A stretch of 64,000 nucleotides of DNA. Source: Gammaproteobacteria bacterium. GTDB lineage: Bacteria > Pseudomonadota > Gammaproteobacteria > Eutrophobiales > Eutrophobiaceae. The stretch spans positions 448,001 to 512,000 of the forward strand of contig OZ250183.1 of NCBI GenBank assembly GCA_965238225.1, given 5' to 3'. Below the pieces are notes generated by a model. The model made no database searches. It saw only the letters and a program-made list of their open reading frames with translations, and had not been told where the DNA came from. Position numbers and translations under genes: made by a program. Shown piece by piece: positions 1 through 11,190 of the stretch; position 1 is the first letter of the stretch; the number at the start of each line of letters is the position of its first letter.

Positions 1-704
1 TGCGACGTTGTGGGCTTGAGGTTGATGATGTGATTCTTGAACAGCTTGCCTCAAGTTATGCAGTATTAACGGAAGATGAAAAAGAACTGGGTGTTTGCTT
101 GGTTGACATTGGCGGTGGCACAACTGACATCGCCATTTTCACTGACGGTGCGATACACCATACAGCAGTAATTCCCATTGCTGGGGATCAAGTGACAAAT
201 GATATCGCTGTGGCATTACGGACGCCAACGCAACATGCTGAAGATATTAAGGTGCAATATGCCTGTGCGTTAATACAACTGGCAAATCCTGAAGAGACAA
301 TTGATGTTTCTGGCGTTGGAGAACGACCCTCGCGTCGTTTGGCTAGACAGACATTAGCCGAAGTGGTTGAGCCACGGTATGAGGAGTTATTTAACTTAGT
401 TCAATCTGAACTTCGGCGTAGCGGTTTCGAAGATTTGATTGCTGCTGGCGTAGTTTTGACAGGTGGCAGCTCAAAAATGGAAGGTGCTATTGAGCTTGCG
501 GAGGAAATATTTCACATGCCAGTGAGATTAGGAATGCCTCAGCATGTTTCAGGACTGGTTGACGTAGTGAAGAATCCAATTTATTCAACTGGTGTTGGAT
601 TATTACTGTCTGGACGCAAACAGATGCAAGAAGGTTCTTTACCATTAGGGGTGAATTGGGGTCTTTGGGAAAGAATGAAGAGTTGGTTTCAGGGGAATTT
701 TTAA
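1..704 (+). CDS. ftsA: Cell division protein FtsA (5' end outside window)
   Basis: Frame open from the window edge (RRCGLEVDDVILEQLASS); motifs VDIGGGTTD and VLTGGSS; amphipathic C-terminus WERMKSWFQGNF; directly upstream of ftsZ. Confidence 0.98.
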   Translation, partial: RRCGLEVDDVILEQLASSYAVLTEDEKELGVCLVDIGGGTTDIAIFTDGAIHHTAVIPIAGDQVTNDIAVALRTPTQHAEDIKVQYACALIQLANPEETIDVSGVGERPSRRLARQTLAEVVEPRYEELFNLVQSELRRSGFEDLIAAGVVLTGGSSKMEGAIELAEEIFHMPVRLGMPQHVSGLVDVVKNPIYSTGVGLLLSGRKQMQEGSLPLGVNWGLWERMKSWFQGNF

Positions 705-760
705 TAAGTATTTTTTCAGGAGCTATTTTTGATTAATTTTTTAAAGTAAGGAGTTATTTC

Positions 761-1897
761 ATGTTTGAATTTGTAGAAGATACTGACAATCAGTCTGCCG
801 TTATCAAGGTCATTGGCGTTGGCGGCGGCGGCGGGAATGCCGTACAGCATATGCTATCAGGCAATATCGAAGGAGTGGAATTTATTTGTATCAACACAGA
901 TGCTCAGGCATTGAATAATTCTACCGCTAAAACTTCATTACAGTTAGGAAGGAATATTACAAAAGGTCTAGGCGCTGGAGCCGATCCGGCGGTTGGTCGG
1001 CAAGCTGCGTTAGAAGATAGAGATCGTATTGTGGATATTCTAGAAGGTGCAGATATGATTTTTATCACTGCTGGAATGGGCGGAGGCACTGGTACTGGAG
1101 CTGCACCGATTTTTGCGCAGGTGGCAAAAGAGATGGGGGTTTTGACCGTCGCAGTTGTGACACGACCGTTTTTATTTGAAGGTAAAAAACGATCACAAAT
1201 TGCAGATGAAGGTATTAAAGAACTCGAACAATCTGTGGATTCTTTAATTACGATTCCGAACCAAAAATTACTGTCTGTTTTAGGCAGTGATATAAGTCTC
1301 TTGAGCGCATTTGCTGCTGCCAATGATGTTCTGCTTGGTGCGGTGCAAGGGATTGCGGAATTGATTACTTGTCCAGGTTTGATAAATGTCGATTTTGCAG
1401 ATGTGAAAACGGTTATGTCTGAAATGGGTATGGCAGTGATGGGTTCAGGTAAAGGGCAAGGTGAAGATCGTGCGGCTATTGCTGCTGAAACTGCAGTCTC
1501 CAGCCCCTTATTGGAAGATGTTAATCTTTCAGGTGCGCGAGGCATTTTAGTGAATATTACTGCGGGCACAGATATGACTATTGGTGAGTTTGATAAGGTG
1601 GGCAACACAGTCAAACAATTTGCCTCTGACAATGCGACTGTTGTTGTTGGAACTGTTATTGATCCTGATATGGATGGTGAAATGAGAGTCACTATCGTTG
1701 CAACTGGATTGGGTCATATCGAAGGAAAAGAAGTGACAAGGATTAAAATGGTTGCAGATGCGGCGGCGGGTGATTACAGAGATCTTGATAGGCCAACGGT
1801 AATACGTAATCAGGATAAGGAAACAGACTTGCAAAAGGTTGAAAATGACTCGGAATATCTGGATATTCCCGCCTTTTTAAGACGTCAGGCGGATTGA
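761..1897 (+). CDS. ftsZ: Cell division GTPase FtsZ
   Basis: GVGGGGGNAV, tubulin signature GGGTGTG, NVDFAD, C-terminal LDIPAFLRRQAD; SD TAAGGAG upstream. Confidence 0.99.
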   Translation: MFEFVEDTDNQSAVIKVIGVGGGGGNAVQHMLSGNIEGVEFICINTDAQALNNSTAKTSLQLGRNITKGLGAGADPAVGRQAALEDRDRIVDILEGADMIFITAGMGGGTGTGAAPIFAQVAKEMGVLTVAVVTRPFLFEGKKRSQIADEGIKELEQSVDSLITIPNQKLLSVLGSDISLLSAFAAANDVLLGAVQGIAELITCPGLINVDFADVKTVMSEMGMAVMGSGKGQGEDRAAIAAETAVSSPLLEDVNLSGARGILVNITAGTDMTIGEFDKVGNTVKQFASDNATVVVGTVIDPDMDGEMRVTIVATGLGHIEGKEVTRIKMVADAAAGDYRDLDRPTVIRNQDKETDLQKVENDSEYLDIPAFLRRQAD

Positions 1898-2084
1898 GTA
1901 AGCTTTATAAATTGCCTGACACTATGCGTAGTCGACCTATTTATGGTATTTTGAGGCAGCTAAAATTGCAGTTCTGGGAAAATGATGAGATTTGGTAAAG
2001 TCCATGAGGTTTCAGGCTTATTTTGGATTTTATGAATAGCTCTAAAAGCGAGATATATATTTATGAGAATAATTAATAGAATTA

Positions 2085-2996
2085 ATGATTAAGCAAAGAA
2101 CTCTTAAAAATGTTATTGGTGCCACCGGGGTCGGCTTGCACACGGGAAAGAAAATATATATAACATTACGACCTGCGCCTGCTAATGCCGGGATTATTTT
2201 TCGTCGGATTGATTTTAGCTGTCCTGTTGAGATTGAAGCAAAATCGGATAACGTTGGAGATACAATATTATCTACTTCCTTGGTCAAAGGCGATGTCAAA
2301 ATCTCAACTGTTGAACATCTTTTGTCTGCGCTAGCTGGTTTTGGCATAGATAATGTCTATATTGATCTTAGTGCTGACGAGGTTCCAATTATGGATGGTA
2401 GCGCTGGACCATTTGTGTTCTTAATCCAGTCAGCAGGCGTAGAAGAACAAAATGCACCGAAACGTTTTATGCGTATTAAGAAAGAAGTTCGAGTTGAGGA
2501 TGGTGACAAATGGGCTATGTTTAAACCGTTTGAAGGCTTTAAAATTGGTTTCACCATCGAATTTGATCACCCAACGTTTCATGCTGGAAATTGCAAGGCT
2601 GAAATAGATTTTTCAACGACCTCTTATGTGAAGGAAGTGAGCCGTGCCAGAACGTTTGGGTTTATGCGGGATGTTGAGTTATTGCAAAAAAATAATCTGG
2701 CGTTAGGTGGTAATCTGGATAATGCCGTGGTAGTTGATGATTGCAAAATATTGAATGAGGATGGTTTACGTTATGAAGATGAGTGTGTGAAACACAAGAT
2801 ACTTGATGCAATTGGCGATTTATATCTGCTTGGATACAGCCTTATAGGTTCATTTACTGGATTTAAATCCGGACATAAATTGAACAATATATTGCTGAGG
2901 GAATTATTGACCAAAGAGTCGGCATGGGAATTAGTAAGCTTTGAAGATGAGATAGAATTACCCATATCATTTATGCAGCCTATCGCCGTAGCATAA
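2085..2996 (+). CDS. lpxC: UDP-3-O-acyl-N-acetylglucosamine deacetylase
   Basis: MIKQRTLK start, [13 protein letters not shown] zinc motif, GHKLN; follows ftsZ. Confidence 0.99.
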   Translation: MIKQRTLKNVIGATGVGLHTGKKIYITLRPAPANAGIIFRRIDFSCPVEIEAKSDNVGDTILSTSLVKGDVKISTVEHLLSALAGFGIDNVYIDLSADEVPIMDGSAGPFVFLIQSAGVEEQNAPKRFMRIKKEVRVEDGDKWAMFKPFEGFKIGFTIEFDHPTFHAGNCKAEIDFSTTSYVKEVSRARTFGFMRDVELLQKNNLALGGNLDNAVVVDDCKILNEDGLRYEDECVKHKILDAIGDLYLLGYSLIGSFTGFKSGHKLNNILLRELLTKESAWELVSFEDEIELPISFMQPIAVA

Positions 2997-3011
2997 ATGT
3001 TGAAGGGTTTT

Positions 3012-3428
3012 TTAGGGCTGTTGGACGTTTTTACTGATTTTAAGAAAGGATTCCTGTAGTGCAGGGTTTTGAATAGACATGGCGACATTTTTAATGAATT
3101 CTGCAGATTTTTTTGAAATGAATGCTTTTCTAGATCCGTCATTGGGAATATCTGATTGAGTTGTATTTGCATTATTATGACTTGGGCAAACCTTGATGCG
3201 GATAGATGCTAGTTTGCTGAGTGCGCATTCATGCTGAGCATAATGTAGAATATCAGGAATGTGATTGCGTAATTTAGAAGCCCATGCTGATGTATCAGAA
3301 TTTATGGTAAGGGTTTGAGCAGAGTAGTTAGCGACAGAACAATGACTGCTCAAAGCAGGGTCAAGATAATTGTGTAATTTTTCATTAAGCGCGCATATAC
3401 TCTTGGCGTGCGTATAGAGACTGTTCAT
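3012..3428 (-). CDS. dciA: DciA/DUF721 family replicative helicase loader (N-terminus possibly frameshifted, see findings)
   Basis: HCSVANY...SAWASKLR...IRIKV pattern; conserved position between lpxC and M23/secA on the opposite strand. Confidence 0.8.
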   Translation of the reverse strand: MNSLYTHAKSICALNEKLHNYLDPALSSHCSVANYSAQTLTINSDTSAWASKLRNHIPDILHYAQHECALSKLASIRIKVCPSHNNANTTQSDIPNDGSRKAFISKKSAEFIKNVAMSIQNPALQESFLKISKNVQQP

Positions 3429-3552
3429 TTGCTCATCAGAACTGATAAGCTGGTGAAATTGACGGGTTTTTAGATTTCGGGTTTTGATATTTTTTTACCA
3501 GACATAAGATTTGACTAGATATACACTCAATAATAGAGAAAAATAGCATTAT

Positions 3553-4485
3553 ATGGAACTCATATTAATACAGAACAACGGGAACAAATCTTTTAAACTG
3601 TCAATAGACCTGCTTGGGGCTCTGTTTATCGGGCTATTCGTTTTGGCATTGACCGCTGGAACTTTCCATATTGGAAGTAAAATCGTTGCGCAGCAAGCAG
3701 AGATATTATATTTAGATCTGAATGCTAAAAAGGAAAATCAGTGGAGGCATGAGTTGGATATGCAACAAGCTAATATTGACGTTGCGAAGAGAAATGCAGA
3801 AAACAGTCTTGATGCTTTATCTGTGCGATTAAGTACTTTGCAGGCTCATTTGCTCAGACTTGATGCACTAGGTTCGCGCATTGTTTCTATTGCAAATATG
3901 TCGGATGACGAATTCAATATGCTGGAGTCGCCAGGTTTGGGCGGACCTTTGTCGACGACAGAGCAAACCTCTTTGGGCGTAACAGATTTTGTTAAGGCAT
4001 TACACGCTGTCAGTCAAAAGATAGAAGATAGAAGTGATAAGTTTGCGGCGATGGAATCCATGTTGCTGGATAGCAATGTTCAATCACAAATTTCACCAGA
4101 AGGAAGCCCTGTTGCCGGTGGTTGGACATCATCATTGTTCGGATGGCGAGCCGACCCAATATCAGGCAAAAAAGTTTTTCATGAAGGAATCGATTTAGCA
4201 GGAAAATATGGAAAAGATGTATCATCCGTTGCCGCCGGCATCGTTACATGGTCAGGCAGAAATTCTGGCTATGGCGAGATGATAGAAATTAGTCATGGTA
4301 ATGGATATATCACTAGATATGCCCATAACCAGCAAAATCTAGTTGATATTGGCGATAAGATAGAGAAAGGACAAAAAATTGCAACTATGGGTTCATCAGG
4401 ACGTTCAACGGGGCCACACATACACTTTGAAGTCATGCACAATGGCAGGCCTGTCAATCCTAGAAAGTTTATTTCAATAAATTAA
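3553..4485 (+). CDS. M23 family metallopeptidase with N-terminal membrane anchor and coiled coil
   Basis: HEGID, YAHN and STGPHIHFEV motifs; usual gene upstream of secA. Confidence 0.95.
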   Translation: MELILIQNNGNKSFKLSIDLLGALFIGLFVLALTAGTFHIGSKIVAQQAEILYLDLNAKKENQWRHELDMQQANIDVAKRNAENSLDALSVRLSTLQAHLLRLDALGSRIVSIANMSDDEFNMLESPGLGGPLSTTEQTSLGVTDFVKALHAVSQKIEDRSDKFAAMESMLLDSNVQSQISPEGSPVAGGWTSSLFGWRADPISGKKVFHEGIDLAGKYGKDVSSVAAGIVTWSGRNSGYGEMIEISHGNGYITRYAHNQQNLVDIGDKIEKGQKIATMGSSGRSTGPHIHFEVMHNGRPVNPRKFISIN

Positions 4486-4566
4486 CATATCATCCTAAGT
4501 CATTCTTAATTGCCTAACACATTAGGTAATTTGGTCGGCTCTTCGCAAGATTAAAAAATAATCACA

Positions 4567-7269
4567 ATGGTTACTGGGTTATTTAGGAAAATATTTAAAA
4601 GCCGCAACGAGCGTGTTCTCAAGGGATTACATAAAGTTGTAGATACAATTAATGGCTTGGAAGAGAAATTTATTACCCTACAGGCTCATGAATTTCCCCT
4701 GAAGACTGCAGAATTTCGTGATCGAATGACGCAGGGAGAAAAACTTGATGATCTATTACCGGAGGCTTTTGCCCTAGTTAGAGAAGCAGGAAAAAGAACA
4801 CTTGGTATGCGGCATTTTGATATGCAACTGGTTGGTGGCATGGTTCTGCATGACGGTGAAATTTCTGAAATGTGTACTGGCGAAGGTAAAACTCTGGTTG
4901 CAACATTATCTGCGTATCTTAATGCTTTAAGCGGCAAAGGTGTCCATATAATTACTGTCAATGATTATCTGGCAAGGCGTGATGCTGAATGGATGGATCA
5001 TATCTATGAATTTCTTGGCCTGACAACGAGTGTGATTTATACAGGCATTAGTCAGGAAGATCGCAGCAAAGCATATGTTGCTGATATCACCTATGGTACA
5101 AACAATGAATTCGGTTTCGATTATTTGAGAGATAATCTAGCATTTAGCAGGGAAGGTCGTGTACAGAGGGGATTAAATTATGCGATCGTTGATGAGGTAG
5201 ACTCTATCTTAATCGACGAAGCACGCACCCCTTTAGTAATATCCGGAGCAGTTGATGATAGATCAGATTTATATGTCAGTATTAATAAGATAATTCCCAA
5301 GTTAAGAGAACAGGAAGAAGATGGTTCAGGTCATTTTAGTGTCGATGAAAAATCCAAACAGGCTTATCTTACGGAAGAAGGAAATGAGTATCTTGAGATA
5401 CTACTAAGAGATGAGAAGATCATTAGTTCAAAGCAGAGCTTATACGATCCTGTCAATATCAGCGTGTTGCACCACTTAAATGCTGCAATGAGGGCGCATG
5501 CCTTGTTTCAGAAAGATGTTGATTATATTGTAAAAAATAATGAGGTTGTCATTGTTGATGAATTTACAGGCAGGACAATGTCGGGACGGCGCTGGTCTGA
5601 TGGGCTGCATCAGGCAATAGAGGCCAAAGAAGGTGTGCCAATTCAAAATGAAAATCAGACATTGGCTTCAATTACCTACCAGAATTATTTCAGGTTATAC
5701 AAAAAACTGTCAGGAATGACAGGAACTGCAGATACCGAAGCGTTTGAATTTCAGGATATATATGGCTTAGAAGTGGTTGTCATACCTACCCATATGCCCA
5801 TGATCCGTTATGATGCAAGTGATGTAGTGTATCTCAAAGCTAGGCAGAAATTTAATGCAATTATCAGTGATATCATGGAATGTAGAGGTATAGGCCAACC
5901 CGTGCTTGTAGGTACAGCTTCAATTGAAGTGTCTGAATATTTATCTGATCTATTGAAAAAAGAAAAAATAACCCACCAAGTGCTTAATGCCAAGCAACAT
6001 GAAAGAGAAGCAGAGATTATTGAGCAGGCGGGGATGCCTGGCGCTGTTACTATTGCCACCAATATGGCTGGTCGCGGTACAGATATCGTTCTTGGAGGGA
6101 GTCTGGAAGCTGAACTCAAGAAATTAGATACAGGTAATGAATTTGAAGTAAATAGAACAAAAGCAACTTGGAAGAAAAGACATCAGGCGGTGATTGCCAG
6201 CGGTGGATTACATATTATCGGTACAGAGCGCCATGAATCAAGACGCATTGACAACCAATTAAGAGGTCGTGCTGGTCGTCAAGGTGATACAGGTTCCAGC
6301 CGGTTCTACCTTGCACTGGAAGATAATTTAATGCGTATCTTTGCTTCAGATAGGGTTTCATCTTTAATGCAAAAACTCGGGATGGAAGATGGTGAAGCAA
6401 TTGAGTCCTCATTAGTAAGTCGAGCAATTGAAAATGCGCAAAAAAAAGTTGAAACACATAATTTTGAGGTAAGAAAACATCTGCTTGAGTACGATGATGT
6501 TGCTAATGATCAGCGGAAAGTGATCTATGAACAACGAAATGATCTGCTTATGGACGATGATATTCAGGATAATATTGAAGCGATGCGTAAAGATGTGGTG
6601 AATGACATAGTCGATACCCATATACCTCGAAACAGTGTAGATGAGTTATGGGATGTAAATGGCTTAACTGAGGCATTAGATCATGAATTTGGTGTGGAAT
6701 TGGATATTGCACAATGGTTTCAAAGTGATTTGTCATTGAACGAAAAAATGCTTAGAGAAAAAATATTAGACAGTATTCAAAACACAGCACAGCAGAAGGA
6801 AAAATTTTTGAGTTCTGGTATTATGAGACGAGTTGAAAAACAAGTGATGTTGGATATTCTTGATAGGCATTGGAAAGATCACTTAGTTGCTATGGATCAT
6901 TTGCGACAGGGTATTAACTTACGAAGTTATGCTGCAAAAAATCCAAAACAAGAATACAAACGCGAAGCGTTTGAAATGTTTGTTGTTATGTTAGAAAATA
7001 TAAAACACGATGTTATTTCGTTTCTTTCAATGGTTAATATTAGGTCGGAAGGAGATATTGAGGCAGCCGAGCAACAATATCAACAACCTCAGGGCATGGA
7101 GTTTAATCATGCGCCATCACCTGATGTACTGGGGAATCAGCCAGCAAACAAAATAGAAAAAGAAGAGCTGAAACCCTTTGTTCGAGGACAAAAGAAGATT
7201 GGACGTAATGAGCCTTGTCCTTGTGGATCTGGGAAAAAATACAAGCAGTGTCATGGTAAATTGAAATAA
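4567..7269 (+). CDS. secA: Preprotein translocase ATPase SecA
   Basis: TGEGKT Walker [28 protein letters not shown]-terminal SEC-C motif [14 protein letters not shown]. Confidence 0.99.
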   Translation: MVTGLFRKIFKSRNERVLKGLHKVVDTINGLEEKFITLQAHEFPLKTAEFRDRMTQGEKLDDLLPEAFALVREAGKRTLGMRHFDMQLVGGMVLHDGEISEMCTGEGKTLVATLSAYLNALSGKGVHIITVNDYLARRDAEWMDHIYEFLGLTTSVIYTGISQEDRSKAYVADITYGTNNEFGFDYLRDNLAFSREGRVQRGLNYAIVDEVDSILIDEARTPLVISGAVDDRSDLYVSINKIIPKLREQEEDGSGHFSVDEKSKQAYLTEEGNEYLEILLRDEKIISSKQSLYDPVNISVLHHLNAAMRAHALFQKDVDYIVKNNEVVIVDEFTGRTMSGRRWSDGLHQAIEAKEGVPIQNENQTLASITYQNYFRLYKKLSGMTGTADTEAFEFQDIYGLEVVVIPTHMPMIRYDASDVVYLKARQKFNAIISDIMECRGIGQPVLVGTASIEVSEYLSDLLKKEKITHQVLNAKQHEREAEIIEQAGMPGAVTIATNMAGRGTDIVLGGSLEAELKKLDTGNEFEVNRTKATWKKRHQAVIASGGLHIIGTERHESRRIDNQLRGRAGRQGDTGSSRFYLALEDNLMRIFASDRVSSLMQKLGMEDGEAIESSLVSRAIENAQKKVETHNFEVRKHLLEYDDVANDQRKVIYEQRNDLLMDDDIQDNIEAMRKDVVNDIVDTHIPRNSVDELWDVNGLTEALDHEFGVELDIAQWFQSDLSLNEKMLREKILDSIQNTAQQKEKFLSSGIMRRVEKQVMLDILDRHWKDHLVAMDHLRQGINLRSYAAKNPKQEYKREAFEMFVVMLENIKHDVISFLSMVNIRSEGDIEAAEQQYQQPQGMEFNHAPSPDVLGNQPANKIEKEELKPFVRGQKKIGRNEPCPCGSGKKYKQCHGKLK

Positions 7270-7293
7270 ATTAGTTCAATTCAGGTATGCTCT

Positions 7294-8514
7294 ATGGCTG
7301 TAGGTATAAATAAAGTTTCCAAGCTCCTGCCTGTCAAAGGTGTACGAGTCGCTGCCTATTCTTCAGGTATTTATAAAGCAAAAAGAAAAGATCTAGCGCT
7401 AATATCGTTTAATGACACTTCAAATTGTTCTGCTGTATTTACGCAGAATGCTTTTTGTGCTGCTCCTGTTATTGTTGCCAAGAATCATATTAAAAAAGGC
7501 AAGGCTTGCTATTGCTTGATTAATTCAGGTAATGCTAATGCAGGTTTGGGAGAACAAGGGATTGAATCTGCTATGGAGATATGTCATCACTTGGCAAGTT
7601 ATGCGCGCAGTAGTATTGAAAGCGTTTTACCATTTTCTACAGGCGTTGTCGCTGAACCATTTCCCGTTGATAAAGTAAAAAATGCAATACCCGCCTTGCT
7701 CGATAAACTTAAAGAGGATGCATGGCTAGACGTCGCTGATGCAATTATTACCACGGATACAGTCACTAAAGGTATCTCAAAAAGAGTGAAGCTGGAAGAT
7801 GGTGAAATAACAATCACAGGTGTTGCTAAAGGATCTGGGATGATAAGACCAGATATGGCGACCATGCTGGCATTCATAGCAACAGATGCCAATATCGGCG
7901 AACATCTTGTGCAGAGTGTGTTGACTGAGGCAGTAGGAAATTCGTTTAACTGTATTAATGTGGATGGCGACACTTCAACAAATGATGCTTGTTTTTTGGT
8001 TGCAACAGGGGTCAGCAGCACTGCTGAGATAAGATCATTTAATGAAGGTTCAGGATTGTTATTTAAGAATGCACTGCTAGAGATATGTATTTATCTTGCA
8101 CAAGCTATAGTCAGGGATGGCGAGGGCGCCAGCAAATTTATTTCAATAGTTGTTAACGACGGAGCCTGCTGGGAAGAATCTAGGGAAGTCGCATTGACAG
8201 TAGCGAATTCGCCATTGGTTAAGACAGCCTTTTTTGCATCAGATCCAAACTGGGGGAGAATCCTTGCTGCTATCGGAAGAACCACGCTTCCTGATTTAGA
8301 TATTGAAAGAATTTCTATTTCACTCAATGATGTAAAAATTGTCGAATCTGGCAAAAGAGCAGAGAATTACACCGAAGAAAAAGGACAACGTGTCATGCAA
8401 CAAGAAGAGATAGAAATATCTATTTCTTTAGGCAGAGGAAGTGAAAGTGCTGTTATCTGGACTTGTGATTTTTCATATGAGTATGTCCGCATTAATTCAG
8501 AATATCGTTCATAA
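7294..8514 (+). CDS. argJ: Ornithine acetyltransferase/N-acetylglutamate synthase
   Basis: NSGNANA, KGSGMIRPDMATML autoprocessing site, DGDTSTND, WTCDFSYEYVRIN. Confidence 0.97.
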   Translation: MAVGINKVSKLLPVKGVRVAAYSSGIYKAKRKDLALISFNDTSNCSAVFTQNAFCAAPVIVAKNHIKKGKACYCLINSGNANAGLGEQGIESAMEICHHLASYARSSIESVLPFSTGVVAEPFPVDKVKNAIPALLDKLKEDAWLDVADAIITTDTVTKGISKRVKLEDGEITITGVAKGSGMIRPDMATMLAFIATDANIGEHLVQSVLTEAVGNSFNCINVDGDTSTNDACFLVATGVSSTAEIRSFNEGSGLLFKNALLEICIYLAQAIVRDGEGASKFISIVVNDGACWEESREVALTVANSPLVKTAFFASDPNWGRILAAIGRTTLPDLDIERISISLNDVKIVESGKRAENYTEEKGQRVMQQEEIEISISLGRGSESAVIWTCDFSYEYVRINSEYRS

Positions 8515-8523
8515 TCTTGTTTT

Positions 8524-9531
8524 ATGAACCCTGATTTTTTGCATGTTGCAGTAGGTATCATTAAGAATAACAAAAACCAAGTCTTGTTATCACGAAGGCC
8601 ATCCAATGTTCACCAGTCTGATTTATGGGAGTTTCCTGGAGGCAAACTAGAAGCTTGCGAGACGGTCAGGGAAGCCTTGTCTAGAGGACTAAAAGAAGAG
8701 CTTTCGCTTACTATAAAATCAGCAAAACCATTAATTAAAATATATTACGACTATGAAGATTATTCTGTATTGCTCGATGTTTGGAAAATAGATTCATGGC
8801 GTTCGAGTTTATTAGATGGTAATGGGCAACGAGGTAAAGAAGATCAAAAAATAGAATGGCTAGATATTTCGAGTTTGAGTGCTCGTAATTTTCCAGCAGC
8901 AAATAAAGCAATTATTCAGGCAGTACAATTATCTGATTTTTATTTGATCTGCCCTGAACCTACGTCTGATATTAAGAATTATATCAACAAAATTAAGATA
9001 TGCATCTCTACTGGCGTTCGTTTATTTCAGTTTAGACTTAATAAAGAATCATTTTATGACAGGCATGAAATTTTAATTATAGAGCTACTCACATTGTGTA
9101 AGAGTAGTCATTCACGACTGTTGATTAATAGCTCTCTTGATTATGCAATGAAGATTGGCGCCCATGGCGTTCATCTAAATAGCGCGAGATTGCTACAGCT
9201 TTATGAACGCCCACTTGATAATAATTTTCTGGTATCCGCATCATGCCATAATTCCAGCGAACTAGAGCACGCATGTAAGGTGGGTGTTGATTTTGTGGTG
9301 TTATCACCGGTGCATAAAACAAGCAGTCATGTATCTGCAAAACCCTTGGGGTGGGTTAAATTTAAAAACCTTGTGGAGCCAGTAAACATTCCTGTATATG
9401 CTTTAGGCGGTATGTGTGCTGATGACATGAAAATATTCTTCGGGTATGGTGCCCAAGGCATTTCTGTGCTTAGCGGTGTCTGGAATCAAAAAGATACAAA
9501 AAAAGCAGTGGGTAAATATTTGCAAGGATAA
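8524..9531 (+). CDS. mutT: MutT-like Nudix hydrolase fused to thiamine-phosphate-synthase-like domain (Nudix box degenerate)
   Basis: WEFPGGK, FPAAN, then TMP-TENI-type GVHL, SASCH, LSPV, PVYALGG; follows secA-argJ. Confidence 0.88.
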   Translation: MNPDFLHVAVGIIKNNKNQVLLSRRPSNVHQSDLWEFPGGKLEACETVREALSRGLKEELSLTIKSAKPLIKIYYDYEDYSVLLDVWKIDSWRSSLLDGNGQRGKEDQKIEWLDISSLSARNFPAANKAIIQAVQLSDFYLICPEPTSDIKNYINKIKICISTGVRLFQFRLNKESFYDRHEILIIELLTLCKSSHSRLLINSSLDYAMKIGAHGVHLNSARLLQLYERPLDNNFLVSASCHNSSELEHACKVGVDFVVLSPVHKTSSHVSAKPLGWVKFKNLVEPVNIPVYALGGMCADDMKIFFGYGAQGISVLSGVWNQKDTKKAVGKYLQG

Positions 9532-9549
9532 TTTCTAAGCAAAGTGTTC

Positions 9550-9747
9550 TCAATGTTTCGTATTAAATTCTTCCTGAGGATATTCAAAAGTTTGATAATT
9601 TTCTTCTGTATTAATTTTATATTTTCCTTCAATCCATTCGCCAAGGTCAATTAGCCAGCAGCGCTGGCTACAAAATGGGCGATACTCATTTTCAGGAGAA
9701 TATTTCACCGCCTTTTCACATCTTGGGCATTTAATTGATTTTTTCAT
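9550..9747 (-). CDS. yacG: DNA gyrase inhibitor YacG
   Basis: CPRC...RPFCSQRC...IDLGEW zinc finger; after zapD. Confidence 0.95.
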   Translation of the reverse strand: MKKSIKCPRCEKAVKYSPENEYRPFCSQRCWLIDLGEWIEGKYKINTEENYQTFEYPQEEFNTKH

Positions 9748-10514
9748 AAAACACAGCAGTGTAATTCAAATTTCACAGCATTTTTAGTTTGAATAGGTTT
9801 GCAGGAGGCTGAGATTTGTTCCATAAATCGTATTGTCAAGCGATGCTTCCCTCCACTTATCTCAGGGAAATAGTTACAGTCCTCAGGCAGAAAAACACGA
9901 ATTAATTGGCAGGCTATTTTAGATGCAATTGGTTGTTGGTAAAATCCTGATTCGGTATTTTTAGTAACAGGTGCTGCGCTATTTCTCAGTATAAACAAGG
10001 CAATATCCAAGGATTCCTGTATCACTGAAAGATCTTGTTTCCATCTGTTTAGATCATCATGTCTGGATTGTATGGGTTTGTGCAGCCAATGATGAAAAGC
10101 AGGGAGATCAAAATTACAGGCGCCTCCAAGAATAGCAATCCTTTGTTTAACAGACATTGTTAATTCATCATTTTTCAAATTTTTACCTAGTTGAAATTTA
10201 TTATCTCTTAACGTACTTGTGAAATCATTAATTTTTTTTAAAATATCTTTTAGCCGTTGATGATCTACATTTGGATTATTTTTTAGCACATCTAAAGTTA
10301 TTTTATATTTCCCCAGTTCTTTGATTAAATCATTTTTTAAATCAGAGCGAGTTGTTAGATCAATAATCTCCAGAAAACACGAGACAGCTATCCTACTATC
10401 CCATTGACTATCCCGTAGTCCATGATAATCCACAGTATTAAACAGATGCTCTAGACGTAGAAAACCACGCACACATTCATTTAATGGCTGCTCATATATG
10501 ACTTTTTTTTCCAA
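9744..10514 (-). CDS. zapD: Cell division protein ZapD (probable TTG start at 10514)
   Basis: IYEQPLNE..R.FLRLE, GGACNFDLPAFHHW, PEISGGKHR; coaE-zapD-yacG order. Confidence 0.93.
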   Translation of the reverse strand: MEKKVIYEQPLNECVRGFLRLEHLFNTVDYHGLRDSQWDSRIAVSCFLEIIDLTTRSDLKNDLIKELGKYKITLDVLKNNPNVDHQRLKDILKKINDFTSTLRDNKFQLGKNLKNDELTMSVKQRIAILGGACNFDLPAFHHWLHKPIQSRHDDLNRWKQDLSVIQESLDIALFILRNSAAPVTKNTESGFYQQPIASKIACQLIRVFLPEDCNYFPEISGGKHRLTIRFMEQISASCKPIQTKNAVKFELHCCVL

Positions 10515-10587
10515 GTAGATAACCAGCTCTAGATAGATATGATCGCTGATTGTCCTGCACTTGCGCGATGCAAGCAACAAGTCTTGG

Positions 10588-11178
10588 TTAAATACCTGAA
10601 TAAAATTTGTGCAGATCGCAGATTTTCTTGCGTAGATCATCGATATCACCTTTATTATCAATAATATCATGAGCAGCGAAGAGCCTCTCTTTTCGAGATA
10701 TTTGAGCATCAATAATCATATTAATCTCGTTTTTATTTATATTATCTCTATTTGATGCGCGCTCTAACTGCAGCGCTTTTGGGACATCGATAACCAAGAT
10801 TCTGTCGACAATTTTGGATGCATTAGTCTCTAGCAGTAGAGGAATGGAAATGATGCAGTATTTAAAATTTATATTTTTAATTTGAATAGAGATTTCTTTG
10901 TATATGGCTGGATGTAAAATATCTTCTAGATTTTTACGAGCAGTTTCATTTGTAAATATTTCATCGCACATTATTTTTCTATCAAGAGCACCATTGCTCG
11001 AGATCATATTCTTACCAAATATCCTGATTATTTCTTTCAATGCTGGCATTCCCGGTTTCACTAGATTATGAGCTATGATGTCTGCATCAATAACAGGGAC
11101 TCCGAGTTCAGAAAATTTTTCACAGGCAGATGACTTTCCACTACCAATGCCGCCAGTTAAACCAATCTTTAAAATCAT
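10588..11178 (-). CDS. coaE: Dephospho-CoA kinase
   Basis: IGLTGGIGSGKS P-loop, IDAD, IPLLLE. Confidence 0.97.
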   Translation of the reverse strand: MILKIGLTGGIGSGKSSACEKFSELGVPVIDADIIAHNLVKPGMPALKEIIRIFGKNMISSNGALDRKIMCDEIFTNETARKNLEDILHPAIYKEISIQIKNINFKYCIISIPLLLETNASKIVDRILVIDVPKALQLERASNRDNINKNEINMIIDAQISRKERLFAAHDIIDNKGDIDDLRKKICDLHKFYSGI

Positions 11179-11190
11179 GGTTTTATCAGG

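Noticed and set aside
904-1692. Long antisense ORF over ftsZ, and many similar shadow ORFs over secA, pilB, fusA, htpG and others
   Set aside because: Fully overlap well-supported genes, with no motifs or SD; expected from codon bias on the opposite strand.
8524-9531. Nudix + thiamine-phosphate-synthase-like fusion as a novelty
   Set aside because: This fusion after secA-argJ is common in Gamma- and Betaproteobacteria; only the active-site change is notable.
10515-10712. N-terminal extension of zapD in the ORF track
   Set aside because: Overlaps coaE; recognisable ZapD sequence starts at the TTG at 10514.
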